NCBI GenBank assembly: GCA_003135555.1
Contig: PLCF01000095.1
Location: 1-31,214 of the forward strand
Direction: 5' to 3'
Source: Vulcanimicrobiota bacterium
Lineage (GTDB): Bacteria; Vulcanimicrobiota; Vulcanimicrobiia; Vulcanimicrobiales; Vulcanimicrobiaceae
Length of the DNA: 31,214 bases
Shown here: positions 9,341-19,066 of the stretch, piece by piece
Position numbering within the stretch: the stretch's first letter is position 1
How the letters are laid out: each line of letters opens with the position of its first letter
The notes under the pieces: model-generated
What the model saw: the letters and a program-made list of their open reading frames with translations, nothing else
Told to the model about the DNA's origin: nothing
The model's database searches: none
Program-made: the position numbers and the translations under genes

Positions 9341-10003
9341 CTAGGTCAAGAGTGTGAGGACGCGCCGGATTTCGTTGGCTCGCGCATCGGTCCGACCCTC
9401 GAGGTTGCTCTCGATGAGATCGTTGCGCTGCGCGCGGTGCAGACCGTACGCGGCGGCGAGCGCGACGGTCCCGTCGGTGTCGCGCACCGCGCGCTCGAGC
9501 TGCGCGAGATCGCCCCGGCGCGACGCCCCGTCGATGGCGGCATAGCGTTCGGCCACGACGTACGACGCGTACGCGCGTTCCAGCGTCGGGCCCACGATCT
9601 CGGCCTCACAGCGGCCCAACGACTCGATCGCGGCGACGCGCAACTCACCGTCTTCCTCGTCGAATGCACGCGCCAGGATCGCCGCGCACCACGTGTCGCC
9701 GACGATACCCAAGCCGTCGAGCACGCGGCGGCGCTCCGCCTCGTCGAGGTCGCCGGCGTCGTGATCGACGAGCGCGGGCCAGGTGATGCTGCGCGCGAGC
9801 ACGGCCACCGGGCCGGTTTGCGTGTCGGCGATCGCCATCTTCGTGCCCAACGGAATCGTCTCGACCGGCGCGACGGAGGTCACCACCGGCTTGGTCGACT
9901 CGGGCCAGAAGTGCGCGATCGCGATCAAGCCCATCCCGATGACCAAGAACAAGATGCCCGGCACCCACAGTTCGCCGATGTGCGGAAATTCCGCGCCGAG
10001 CAC
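9341..10003 (-). CDS. membrane-anchored HEAT-repeat protein
   Basis: N-terminal TM helix; repeats such as DEEDGELRVAAIESLGR and DTDGTVALAAAYGL; GTG 1 nt after the upstream stop. Confidence 0.8.
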   Translation of the reverse strand: MLGAEFPHIGELWVPGILFLVIGMGLIAIAHFWPESTKPVVTSVAPVETIPLGTKMAIADTQTGPVAVLARSITWPALVDHDAGDLDEAERRRVLDGLGIVGDTWCAAILARAFDEEDGELRVAAIESLGRCEAEIVGPTLERAYASYVVAERYAAIDGASRRGDLAQLERAVRDTDGTVALAAAYGLHRAQRNDLIESNLEGRTDARANEIRRVLTLLT

Positions 10004-10004
10004 G

Positions 10005-13000
10005 CTACGCTTTTGCGGCGGTCGCTTCGAGCGCGTCCCGCAGCGCCGCGCGCACGTCGCGCAGCGCTGCGTCGAGCGCGGCGTTTTGCGTCTCGCGCAG
10101 GACGCGGTGGAACTCGTCGTTGGGAAGCGCCGCGACGTTGGTGAAGGTCGAGATGAGCGCGCTGCGATAGGCATTCATCTCCTCGCCCGCGCTGGGCGGC
10201 GTGATGAACGACGACGGCAACAGTTCGGCCAGCAGCAGCCACGGACGCGCGCTGCCGAGCGGATCCGATTCGAGGTCGGCCAGGTGCGGCATGAGCCGGT
10301 CGACGTCGATCACGCCTTCCATCACCACCGCTGCGTCGCCGGGGTGCGTCTCTTCGATTTGGATGGAATCGTGGAGCGCGTGCACCAGCTCGACGAGCGC
10401 GGAACGGCTGCTCCGGTCTTCGAGATCTTTTCCGGTGAGCGCGTACCGGGGCATCCGCATCTTGATGAACAGCCGGTCGACGACGCCGCGCAACGCTTCG
10501 CGTTCGGCGGCCAGCTTGCCGGGAACGTCGCCGTCCACGCCCACGACGGCGGTCGGCAGCAGTGTGCGGATCGCGAACAGATGGGTGATGAGGCCGCCGT
10601 ACTCGGACTGCTCGAGAAACGCCAGCGCGCGTTCGAGCGCGTCGCGCGCGAACACCAGCCGCGCGCGGCGGACGACCGGCGGCGGCGCTTCGACGACCGG
10701 CTCGATCGGCGGCTCGGGTTCGGCGACGGCGACCGGAGCTTCGGGCGGGGCTTGGTACCCGGTGATTCCGGCGACGTGCTCGGGCTCCGACGGCAGCGCG
10801 TCGACCGCGCCCGCCGCGACGTCGGCGTCGGGCATCGCCGGTTCCTCGACTGCCTCCGCAGGCTCGTAGATCTGCTCGGGTTCGACGACGGCCGCGGGCT
10901 CGGGCGGCGGGGCGACGGGTGGGGGAGCGACCGGCGGGGGAGCGACGGGCGGCGGCGCCGGGGTGAAGCGCGCCTCGATGGCGTCTTCGTCGTAGCGGAA
11001 CGTCGCCCGGTCCGGTGTCGCGGGCTCGGGTGGCGCCGCGGGCGGCAGCGCGGTCAGCGGCGGCGGGAGCTGCGTTTGCGCGGCGCGGCGCTGCTCAGCG
11101 ATGTCGTGCAGAACGTCTGCGGTGCGCGGCGCGATCCCGGAGACGGAGAACGGAAGGCCGGTGGCGCGGACCGCGAACGCCGGCGTCGAGCGTACGCGCA
11201 CCGCGGGCGACGAGATCGCCAGCGTTCCGCCGCCGTCCCAGCCGAGGTCCATGTGCGCGTCGACGAGGGTCCCGGCCGCGAGCGGCGTGTTGACGATGCT
11301 GCCGTAGCGAACCACGACTTCGATCCCGGGATCCACGTCCTCGAGGATGAGCCCGGCCTGCGACCACAGCACCGAGCCGCCGTCGACGTCGAGCAGCGGG
11401 ACGTCGTTGACCAGCGTCGAGCCCGGAAGGTAGGCGGTATGCACCGGGAGCGCGCCGCGCACGACCAGCCGGCTCGCCGCGCCGTCGCCGGTGTTGCGCA
11501 CCGTCAGGCGGACGTAGAGCGGCTCGCCGGCATCGACGGTCTCCGACGGCTGCGTGCGCAGCGTCGCTCCGCCGTCGAAGCGGGCTTCGGCGATCGTCGG
11601 GATGGTGACCGGCGCGAGTGCGAGCGGCAGCAAACCGACGGCTTCGAGCCGCCCGTTGACCGTGATCGCCGTGCCGCGCGCGACGAGCCGCGCCAAACGC
11701 AGTCGGACCGTCGCTTCGGCGCGTGCACCCGGCGCGATGTCGCCGAACAACAGGCTCGTGCCGACTTTCGTCGCCCCGTCGACCGCTTCGACGCGCGCGT
11801 CGTCGGTGACATCGAGCTGCAAGCGCACGTCGCGCGCCGTGTCCGTCCCCTCGTTGACCAGCGCTATGTGCACGTCGCCGTGGCCGCTCGGGCGCAGGGC
11901 TTCACTTGATGGATAGGCCAGCGTGGCGGTGGCGGGCGTGAAGCGCGGCCGCGAGCGCACCAGCAACTCGATGTTGCCCAGCGCGAGCGGCGCCGTTTGA
12001 TCGGTCTCGAGCCGCGCGCGCAGCCGGATCGGGAAACGATCGGCGATCGGCGACGCGACCGTCCCGATCAAGGCGTACACGCGGGCCGCGCCCGGTGCCA
12101 GCGTTCCGACGTCGATCCCGGCCGCCTGCACCCGCGCTTCGCCGCCGTCGTCGGCGTAGCGCAACAGTTGCAGCGCGGGGTCGGCCTCGATCGCGATCCG
12201 CACGCCGGTCGCTTGCGCGGTGCCGTCGTTGGCGATTCGAATCGTCGCCCGGGCCTCACTGGCCGGCACGACTTGCGATGCGCCGTCGAGCGTGAGCGAG
12301 TTTCGCGTTTCGAGGAAGCGCGGCGACGAGCGTACCGTCAGGGTCCGCTCGAAGGTGCGCGAGCCGGTCGACCAGCGCAACGATCCGGCCAGCGGGAGCG
12401 GCGTCCCGTCGACCGCCGGCGATACGACGTAGGCGTCGACTGCGGCCTCGACACGGCGCCCCGCGTCGATGCGCGCGAACACGAAGCTGCCCGGCGCGTC
12501 GCTCTCGCTCACGGAGCGGCCGTCGACGGCGCGCGAGCCCGGCGCATAGCGCAAGCCGTCGGGTAAGGTCAGCCGGACGCGAACGTCATCGGCGGCGCAC
12601 GTTCCGGCATTCTCGGCGACGACCCCGATGCGGACCCGGCGGCCCGGTTCGACCTCGCTGGGCGCGTCGACGACGAGCCGGGTGGTCTCGGTATCGAACC
12701 GGCTGGCACTGCGAACCGTGAGCTCGGCACGCGCCAGCTCGAACTCCGCGGTCTCCGCCGACGCGACGGCGCCGCCCAGCGCGAGCCGCGTGTTGTCGTC
12801 GAGCGGGGTGTCGATACGAGCGCGGTACTCGACGACCAGCGTCGCGCCGGCGGCGAGCGCCGTCGAGGCGATCGTTGAATTGCCGAACCCGAACGGGTCG
12901 CCGCCGCGTTCGTCGATCGCGGCCTCGCGGCCGTCGATGCGCGCGCTGCCGTCGATGTAGGCGGTCCGATCGGGGACCGGCAGCACCACCACGACGTCGT

Positions 13001-13556
13001 GGGCGGTCGCGTGCCCGTCATTGTGCACGCGCGCGGCGAGCCGGACCGCTTCGCCGGGCTCGGCGACCCGGACCGCTTCGATCGAGGCGACCGTCTCGGG
13101 GTTCTCGAGCTGCGGTGCGCTGTCGGCGACGAGTCTGGCCACGTTGGATGCGATGACGTCGGTCTCGTTGCTGACGAGCGCGGCTTGCAGCTCCAGCACG
13201 GCGCCGTTTTCGATCGTGGGCGCGACGACGTAGGCCAGCGTGATCCGGCGCTCGACCCCGGGCGGGACCTCGCCGACGTCGGCCCCGCTGGGGCCGAGCA
13301 GGCTTGTTTCACCGCGGACATCGTCGAGGGCGCGGTCGTCGACCCGAGCGCTTCCCGGCACGTAGCGCAGGCCGTCGGGCAGGCTGAAGCGGACGCGCAG
13401 ACCGGTGGCGGCCGCGCCGCCGAAGTTGTAGAACGCGAACGTCGCGCGCACGGTCGTTCCAGGTTCGACCGCACGGTCAGGAGAAACGACGAGCGTTCGT
13501 AGCCCTTCGGGTAACGACGGCGCGCCCGGCGCAAAAGCTTCCGTCAGGGTCCGCAT
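10005..13556 (-). CDS. large DUF11-like (Ig-fold) repeat protein, 1183 aa
   Basis: six repeats of N-x-G-x3-A-x2-V...LPxGxxYxxGS, a Pro/Glu-rich linker and a helical C-terminal domain; ATG at 13556 avoids overlap with the divergent aminotransferase. Confidence 0.85.
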   Translation of the reverse strand: MRTLTEAFAPGAPSLPEGLRTLVVSPDRAVEPGTTVRATFAFYNFGGAAATGLRVRFSLPDGLRYVPGSARVDDRALDDVRGETSLLGPSGADVGEVPPGVERRITLAYVVAPTIENGAVLELQAALVSNETDVIASNVARLVADSAPQLENPETVASIEAVRVAEPGEAVRLAARVHNDGHATAHDVVVVLPVPDRTAYIDGSARIDGREAAIDERGGDPFGFGNSTIASTALAAGATLVVEYRARIDTPLDDNTRLALGGAVASAETAEFELARAELTVRSASRFDTETTRLVVDAPSEVEPGRRVRIGVVAENAGTCAADDVRVRLTLPDGLRYAPGSRAVDGRSVSESDAPGSFVFARIDAGRRVEAAVDAYVVSPAVDGTPLPLAGSLRWSTGSRTFERTLTVRSSPRFLETRNSLTLDGASQVVPASEARATIRIANDGTAQATGVRIAIEADPALQLLRYADDGGEARVQAAGIDVGTLAPGAARVYALIGTVASPIADRFPIRLRARLETDQTAPLALGNIELLVRSRPRFTPATATLAYPSSEALRPSGHGDVHIALVNEGTDTARDVRLQLDVTDDARVEAVDGATKVGTSLLFGDIAPGARAEATVRLRLARLVARGTAITVNGRLEAVGLLPLALAPVTIPTIAEARFDGGATLRTQPSETVDAGEPLYVRLTVRNTGDGAASRLVVRGALPVHTAYLPGSTLVNDVPLLDVDGGSVLWSQAGLILEDVDPGIEVVVRYGSIVNTPLAAGTLVDAHMDLGWDGGGTLAISSPAVRVRSTPAFAVRATGLPFSVSGIAPRTADVLHDIAEQRRAAQTQLPPPLTALPPAAPPEPATPDRATFRYDEDAIEARFTPAPPPVAPPPVAPPPVAPPPEPAAVVEPEQIYEPAEAVEEPAMPDADVAAGAVDALPSEPEHVAGITGYQAPPEAPVAVAEPEPPIEPVVEAPPPVVRRARLVFARDALERALAFLEQSEYGGLITHLFAIRTLLPTAVVGVDGDVPGKLAAEREALRGVVDRLFIKMRMPRYALTGKDLEDRSSRSALVELVHALHDSIQIEETHPGDAAVVMEGVIDVDRLMPHLADLESDPLGSARPWLLLAELLPSSFITPPSAGEEMNAYRSALISTFTNVAALPNDEFHRVLRETQNAALDAALRDVRAALRDALEATAAKA

Positions 13557-13610
13557 CAGTTCCGCCCCCGTTCGGCGATCCCGGGTCGCCGACCTCGCTT
13601 GCAGGTTTCC

Positions 13611-14810
13611 ATGACGACGATCGCCCACCACGCCGACTACCTCTGCGCCGCCGCGTCCCGGCTCGGCTCGGAGAGCGCCTTCGAAGTGCTCGCCCGGGCC
13701 AAAGCGATCGAGGCCACCGGCCGTCGTGTCGTCCATATGGAGATCGGCGAACCGGACTTCGATACGCCCGATCACATCAAAAAAGCCGGCATCCGGGCCA
13801 TCGAAGAGAACTACAGTCACTACACGCCGTCGGCCGGGATCCCCGAGCTCCGGGAGGCCATCGCTGCCTATGCCGGGAGCTTCCGCGGGCTCGCCCAGCC
13901 GTTCACCGCGGCCAACGTCGTGGTCGGCGCGGGCGCGAAACCGATCATCTGGAACCTGCTCTCGGCCCTGCTCGACCCCGGCGACGAGCTGATCTACGCC
14001 GATCCGGCCTATCCCGCGTACGCCTCTGCCGCGAGCTACCTCGAGGCCAAGGCGGTCCCCGTCCACCTGCTCGAGTCGCGCAACTGGCGCCTCGACCTCG
14101 ACGAACTCGCCGCCAAGATCACCGCCAAGACCAAAGCGCTCGTCATCAACTCGCCGCACAATCCGACCGGCGGCGTCCTCACGCGCAGCGATCTCGAGAC
14201 GATCGCGGCGCTGGCGATGAAGCACGACTTCCTCGTCATCGCCGACGAGATCTACTCCCGCAACATCTACGGGCCCACGTTCGAAACCATCACGAGCATC
14301 GCCGGGATGCGCGAGCGCACCATCGTGGTCGACGGGTTCTCGAAAGCGTACGCGATGACCGGCTGGCGGCTGGGATACTGCATCGCCCCCGAAGAGATCG
14401 CGCAGCGCGTCACGCTCTTCAACAACAACACGTTCTCATGCGTCGCGACGTTCGTGCAGCGCGCCGGCATCGCGGCGCTCACCGGCGACGACGCGCCGGT
14501 GCGCAAGATGAACGCGATCTTCCGCGAGCGCCGCGACGCGATCGTGTCGGGGTTGAACTCCATCGACGGCGTCTCGTGCACCCTTCCGGAAGGCGCGTTC
14601 TACGCGTTTCCCAACGTGTCGGTGATCGCGCGCGACGACAAGCACCTCGCGAAGTGGCTGCTCGAGAATGCCGGCGTGGCGTGCCTGGGCGGTTCGTCGT
14701 TCGGTGCGGCGGGGAACGGCTATCTGCGCTTCTCGTACGCCGCCTCGCTCGACGACATCGGCTGGGCGCTCGAGCAGCTGCGCGAGGCGCTACCCCGCTA
14801 CCGCGCCTAG
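13611..14810 (+). CDS. class I/II PLP-dependent aminotransferase (aspartate aminotransferase-like)
   Basis: GEPDF, NSPHNPTG, DEIY, GFSKAYAMTGWRLG, GAFY, YLRFSY. Confidence 0.95.
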   Translation: MTTIAHHADYLCAAASRLGSESAFEVLARAKAIEATGRRVVHMEIGEPDFDTPDHIKKAGIRAIEENYSHYTPSAGIPELREAIAAYAGSFRGLAQPFTAANVVVGAGAKPIIWNLLSALLDPGDELIYADPAYPAYASAASYLEAKAVPVHLLESRNWRLDLDELAAKITAKTKALVINSPHNPTGGVLTRSDLETIAALAMKHDFLVIADEIYSRNIYGPTFETITSIAGMRERTIVVDGFSKAYAMTGWRLGYCIAPEEIAQRVTLFNNNTFSCVATFVQRAGIAALTGDDAPVRKMNAIFRERRDAIVSGLNSIDGVSCTLPEGAFYAFPNVSVIARDDKHLAKWLLENAGVACLGGSSFGAAGNGYLRFSYAASLDDIGWALEQLREALPRYRA

Positions 14811-14830
14811 CGGGCGCGGCGCGAGCCGCC

Positions 14831-14859
14831 TTGCGCGCCCCTAGGGGCCGTGGTAGTAT
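14831..14859 (+). promoter_or_regulatory. sigma70-type promoter of the zinc-ribbon gene
   Basis: TTGCGC, 17-bp spacer, TG-g-TAGTAT; SD GGGAG at 14881. Confidence 0.6.
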
Positions 14860-14894
14860 CCACGCATATTCATCCCCAGTGGGAGTCAATGCGC

Positions 14895-15203
14895 GTGTAC
14901 ACCGATGAAACGCTGACCTGCACCGATTGCGGTGCGCCATTCGTCTTCGGCACCGGAGAGCAACAGTTTTTCGCGACCAAGGGCTTTCAGAACAAGCCCA
15001 ACCGTTGCCCGGATTGCCGCGCGGCGCGCAAAAGCGCGCGCCAAGCCGCCGGCCCCGGCGGCGGAGGGAACGGTGGTACGCGCGAGATGTTCAGCGTGAC
15101 CTGCAGCAGCTGCGGACAAGCGGCCGAAGTGCCGTTCCAACCGCGCGGCGACAAGCCGGTCTACTGCAAGGACTGTTTCGCGACGCAACGTTCGCAGCGC
15201 TGA
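14895..15203 (+). CDS. zinc-ribbon protein (zf-trcl plus CxxC-x17-CxxC domain)
   Basis: LTCTDCG...FGTGEQQFF...PNRCPDCR and CSSCG...VPFQPRGDKPVYCKDCF; start GTG 14895 (better SD spacing) or ATG 14889. Confidence 0.9.
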   Translation: MYTDETLTCTDCGAPFVFGTGEQQFFATKGFQNKPNRCPDCRAARKSARQAAGPGGGGNGGTREMFSVTCSSCGQAAEVPFQPRGDKPVYCKDCFATQRSQR

Positions 15204-15220
15204 CGCGTCCTCGCAGCACA

Positions 15221-15988
15221 CTAGCCGCGCTCGAACTTCGTCACGCGCGTCCCGGCGAAGGCAACACCCGTCGCGATCGCCGAGGCGACGCGCCGGCGCG
15301 CAGCGTCGATCGATTCGTCGAGGGTCGATCCGCGCGCGAGCGCTGCGGCGATCGTGACGGCCAGCAAGTCGCCGGTACCGCGCAGCGTGCCGGCGACGCG
15401 CGCACCGGTGAAGGTGCGTGTGCCGCGGTCGTCGGCGAGCACGTCGGCCGGATCGCCGGCGAGGTGCCCGCCTTTGACGAGAACCGCCGTCGCCCCGAAT
15501 GCGCGCAACGCGGTGGCGGCGCCACGCATCGCATCGACGTCCTCGATCCGGCGGCCCACAAATGCGGCGGCTTCGTCGAGGTTGGGCGTGACCAGCGTTG
15601 CGCGCGCGAAGAGTACGTCGCGCAACGCGTCGCGCGTCGCGTCGTCGGAGAGCGCGTCGCCGCCGCCGGCCGCAAGCACCGGATCGACGACGACCGGAAT
15701 GCCGGGATACGTCGCAAGACCGGCGGCGACGGCGTGTACCGCGGCGGCGGACGTGAGTGCGCCGACGTGAAACGCCGCCACGCCGGCGGCGCGCAGCGCT
15801 TCGAACTGCGCGCGGATCATCGGGGCGTCGATCGCGCGGTGCGCGCGTACGTGCAGCGCGTCCTGCGCGCTCACGCCCGCGACGACGCAAACCGGGCGGA
15901 CGCCGTCGTCGGCCAGCGCGAGCACCGCGAACGCGAGCCCGGCGAACGCGAAAGGATGGGTCGTCCCGACGGTCGCGACGACGGTCAT
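15221..15988 (-). CDS. thiD: hydroxymethylpyrimidine/phosphomethylpyrimidine kinase-like (PfkB family)
   Basis: VVVDPVL, LVTPNLDEA, VLVKGGH, GTGD; ATGA overlap with thiE. Confidence 0.8.
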   Translation of the reverse strand: MTVVATVGTTHPFAFAGLAFAVLALADDGVRPVCVVAGVSAQDALHVRAHRAIDAPMIRAQFEALRAAGVAAFHVGALTSAAAVHAVAAGLATYPGIPVVVDPVLAAGGGDALSDDATRDALRDVLFARATLVTPNLDEAAAFVGRRIEDVDAMRGAATALRAFGATAVLVKGGHLAGDPADVLADDRGTRTFTGARVAGTLRGTGDLLAVTIAAALARGSTLDESIDAARRRVASAIATGVAFAGTRVTKFERG

Positions 15989-16626
15989 CGGCGCGCGCCG
16001 TTCCAGCGCTCGACCAGCGCGCGCGCGGCGGCTTCGACGTCGCCACCGGTCAGCGCCGACAACACCGCCGCCATCTGCGCCCCGCTTTCGGCGACGCGGG
16101 CGAGATTGTCGAGGCCGATACCGCCGATCGCGGCGCAGGGGAGGGTCGTGGCCTCGACGACGGCGCGCACGCCGCTGATTCCGATCGCCGGGCCCGCATC
16201 GTCCTTGGACCGGCTGCCGAAGATCGGACCGACACCGAGGTAGTCGATGATGCGCGGATCGGCCTCACGGGCTTCGGCGGGCGTCCCGCACGAGAGGCCC
16301 ACGATAGCGTCGGGCAGGCCGCGGCGCAGCTGCGCGAGGTCCAGCGGCGCGGCGTCTTCCTGCCCCAAGTGGAGGCCGTCGGCCAGCCGTGCCATCCGAA
16401 CATCGTCGTTGACCAGCGTGAGCCCCCCGGCGGCGCGGACCCGGCCGACGATCGCCAGCAGGGTCGCCGCATCGATGCCGTCCTTGGCGCGGATCTGCAC
16501 CAGCCTGATCCCGCCGCGCAACAGGGCCTCGGTCGCCGCGATCGGCTCCTGGGCGCTCGGGTCGATCAGCGCGTAGACGCCCCGCAAAAGCGAACGAGGA
16601 GCGTCCCCGCTCCTCGTCGTGGTCAT
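15985..16626 (-). CDS. thiE: thiamine-phosphate synthase
   Basis: VQIRAK, VNDD, GLHLGQED, DYLGVGPIF-x-SRSK, AIGGI. Confidence 0.93.
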   Translation of the reverse strand: MTTTRSGDAPRSLLRGVYALIDPSAQEPIAATEALLRGGIRLVQIRAKDGIDAATLLAIVGRVRAAGGLTLVNDDVRMARLADGLHLGQEDAAPLDLAQLRRGLPDAIVGLSCGTPAEAREADPRIIDYLGVGPIFGSRSKDDAGPAIGISGVRAVVEATTLPCAAIGGIGLDNLARVAESGAQMAAVLSALTGGDVEAAARALVERWNGARR

Positions 16627-16639
16627 CGCGCGAGAGAAC

Positions 16640-17239
16640 CTAGTTGACCGGGGCCTGCGGGTTGACGACGGCGACGGTGATCGAGCCCACCCCGCCGTCG
16701 GGGACGAAGGTCGTCGACGCGCCCGACCCGGTGATATGGCCCGACGAGGCGCTGACGACCACGCAATACGGGAAGTTGACCTGGACCGTAGTGCCCGCCG
16801 GGAAGCCCGCCGGGACCGGGAAGACCGGCGGCGGGAAGAAGATGATGTTGCTCTCATTCGTCGGGTCGATCGCGATGTCGATGCCCAAGTCGGTGGTGAG
16901 CGCGCTCGTGACGGGCCCCGGCACCGTGATGTTGATCGGCTGGCACGGCTTCTGCGAGCCGTCGGCCGTGGCGACGTAATTTCCGCTGGTGACGAGCACC
17001 GCGCTCCACCGGAAATTGTTGTTGCTGGTGAAGCCGTTCTGCGATCCGCGCACCGCGACGGCGCTGAGCGGAAGCGACCCACCCGGCAGGACTCGGGCGA
17101 TGTTCGAAGGGCCCACGACCGTGATGATGACGGCCTGGGCGTTCGCGTTGCTTTCGAAGTTCAGGACCGAGCCACCCCCGCTGCAAGCGCTCAGAGCGGT
17201 GGCGCTCAGGACGGCGAGGGAGAGGACGATGCGACGCAT
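16640..17239 (-). CDS. hypothetical lipoprotein
   Basis: signal peptide with lipobox LSAC; SD GGGAG upstream; beta-rich mature part. Confidence 0.8.
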   Translation of the reverse strand: MRRIVLSLAVLSATALSACSGGGSVLNFESNANAQAVIITVVGPSNIARVLPGGSLPLSAVAVRGSQNGFTSNNNFRWSAVLVTSGNYVATADGSQKPCQPINITVPGPVTSALTTDLGIDIAIDPTNESNIIFFPPPVFPVPAGFPAGTTVQVNFPYCVVVSASSGHITGSGASTTFVPDGGVGSITVAVVNPQAPVN

Positions 17240-17369
17240 GGATACGACTCCCGTGAGAACGGAAAAACCCCGGGGCCTTCTCTCGATAGTCGCCGCCGGG
17301 CGGAGCGACCGTTCCGTAGCCGCGAAGTCGGTTCCTGTCTCGGCCGGTTCGGGCGCGTATGAGCTTTGA

Positions 17370-18197
17370 TTACGGCGGAGCGGCGATCGGTATGGTGAGT
17401 TCGAACGGCGCGTCCGCCCCGTCGCGCAGCGCCGGGGCGATCGTCAGCGTCCACGCCCGCTTCGCGGCGCCCAGCCGCGGCGCCGTGAACGCCAGCGAGC
17501 CGCTGTACTCGGAGTTGGGGGCCAGCCGGACGCCCACATAGAGCCGTTTGTCGGTGATCGTCCAGTCCTTGCTCGCGAAGATGCGGTAGACGCCGCCGCG
17601 GTCGTCGCGCAACACGCTCTTGCCGTACGGCAAGAGCGTCACGAAGCCGTCGCCGAGGTTGGTGAAGGTCAGGACCACGTCGATGCGATCGGGATAGAAG
17701 TCGATCTTCTTGACCGTCGCGCGCAGCCCCGACACGTCGGCGCTCGCGGTCGAGGCAAAGGCGCGATAGGGCTTGCCGGGATCCTTGATGTGCAACGCGC
17801 CGTGTTCGGGGAGGATCCCCAGCGGCACCGTCGCCACGATCTCACGCCGCTTGTCGCTGGCGTGATCGAGGTACGTGAGCCGTTCGCGCACGAAGTAGAC
17901 GCGGCCACGGTCGTCGCCGCGCGCGCCCAAAATCGAGGCGCTCGCGAGCACGATCCCATCCGCGTCGAAGACGCTGCGATAAGCCGCAGCGCTCCCGAAG
18001 TACGTGCGCTCGTCATCGGTGAGTAGCGCATACGCGTCGTCGTACTGTCCGTTGCGCAGCGCGTCGACGTACTTTTTCACAACCGCCGTTTGCGCGTTGT
18101 GCGGGACCGGCCCGTAGCGCAACGCGGGGCGGGACGGAGCGGCGCCGACGAGGGCCAGCGCCAGCACGGCGCAGCCGGCCCGGGCAACCAGCTTCAC
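17370..18197 (-). CDS. hypothetical secreted protein
   Basis: N-terminal signal peptide; NTF2-like start (YVDALRNGQYDDAYALL) and Ig-like C-terminal half; GTGA overlap with parB. Confidence 0.8.
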   Translation of the reverse strand: MKLVARAGCAVLALALVGAAPSRPALRYGPVPHNAQTAVVKKYVDALRNGQYDDAYALLTDDERTYFGSAAAYRSVFDADGIVLASASILGARGDDRGRVYFVRERLTYLDHASDKRREIVATVPLGILPEHGALHIKDPGKPYRAFASTASADVSGLRATVKKIDFYPDRIDVVLTFTNLGDGFVTLLPYGKSVLRDDRGGVYRIFASKDWTITDKRLYVGVRLAPNSEYSGSLAFTAPRLGAAKRAWTLTIAPALRDGADAPFELTIPIAAPP

Positions 18198-19066
18198 GAC
18201 GGCGCCTCTTCCAACAAGAGATCGGCGATGCGCATCAAATCGGACGCGTCCGCGTAACGCAGCTCGATCGTTCCACCGCGTTCTTGGGCCACGATGCGCA
18301 CGTGCGTTGCATACTTGTAGCGCAAGCGTTCCACCAGCGTCTCGGCGTCGGCGCCGGCGCGCTGCGCGCGCTCGACCCGCGCGCGTTTGGGCGCGGCGTC
18401 GTGCGACAGCCGTTCGAGCGCGCGCACCGAGAGATCTTCGTGCACCGCGCGGCGCGCCATGCGCTCGCGCCGTTCGGGTGGCAGCGACAGGATCGCGCGC
18501 GCGTGGCCGGCGGTCAGTTTTCCGTCGCGCACATACTGCTTTACCGCATCCGGAAGCGACAGCAGCCGCAACGCGTTGGTCACCGCGGGCCGGCTCTTGC
18601 CGACGCGCTCGGCGACTTGTTCCTGGGTGAGCTCGTAGGCTTCGATGAGGTGCGCGAAGCCCATCGCCTCTTCGAGCGCGTCGAGGTTCTCGCGCTGCAA
18701 GTTCTCGATGATCGCGACCTCGAGCGACTCGCGGTCGTCGCTGGGCCGAACGATCGCCGGGATCGTCTCGATTCCGGCCATCTGCGCCGCGCGCAGGCGG
18801 CGTTCGCCCGCGATGAGCTCGAAGCCGCCGCCGCGCTCGCGCACGATGATCGGGACCAGCACGCCGAACGCCGCGATCGATGCGCGCAACTCCTCGAGCG
18901 CCGCGGCGCCGAAGGTCGAACGCGGCTGGCGGGGATTGGGACGAATCTGCGCGACGGGGAGCTGCTGCAGGTCGCGCTTAGGCGCGGCCGCCGACATCAC
19001 GTCGGCGGTGCCGCCGGACTCGCCCAGCAGCGCGCCCAACCCGCTCCCGAGACCGCGTTTGGTCAC
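18194..19066 (-). CDS. parB: chromosome partitioning protein ParB/Spo0J
   Basis: RGLGSGL, PNPRQPR, LIAGERRLRA, ENLQRENL, HTH GKSRPAVTNALRLL. Confidence 0.97.
   Translation of the reverse strand: MTKRGLGSGLGALLGESGGTADVMSAAAPKRDLQQLPVAQIRPNPRQPRSTFGAAALEELRASIAAFGVLVPIIVRERGGGFELIAGERRLRAAQMAGIETIPAIVRPSDDRESLEVAIIENLQRENLDALEEAMGFAHLIEAYELTQEQVAERVGKSRPAVTNALRLLSLPDAVKQYVRDGKLTAGHARAILSLPPERRERMARRAVHEDLSVRALERLSHDAAPKRARVERAQRAGADAETLVERLRYKYATHVRIVAQERGGTIELRYADASDLMRIADLLLEEAPS

Noticed and set aside
10670..11070. GGCGGC-rich low-complexity repeats
   Set aside because: Explained by the Pro/Ala/Glu-rich linker (PPPVA repeats) of the DUF11-like protein
9783..11909. 708-aa ORF on the + strand
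   Set aside because: Antisense shadow of the DUF11-like and HEAT genes
13557..14225. 223-aa N-terminal extension of the DUF11-like ORF
   Set aside because: Overlaps the well-supported aminotransferase on the opposite strand; ATG 13556 is the plausible start
17240..17369. TPP riboswitch upstream of the lipoprotein-thiE-thiD genes
   Set aside because: I could not find the conserved TPP aptamer motifs (CUGAGA, ACCUG) on the - strand
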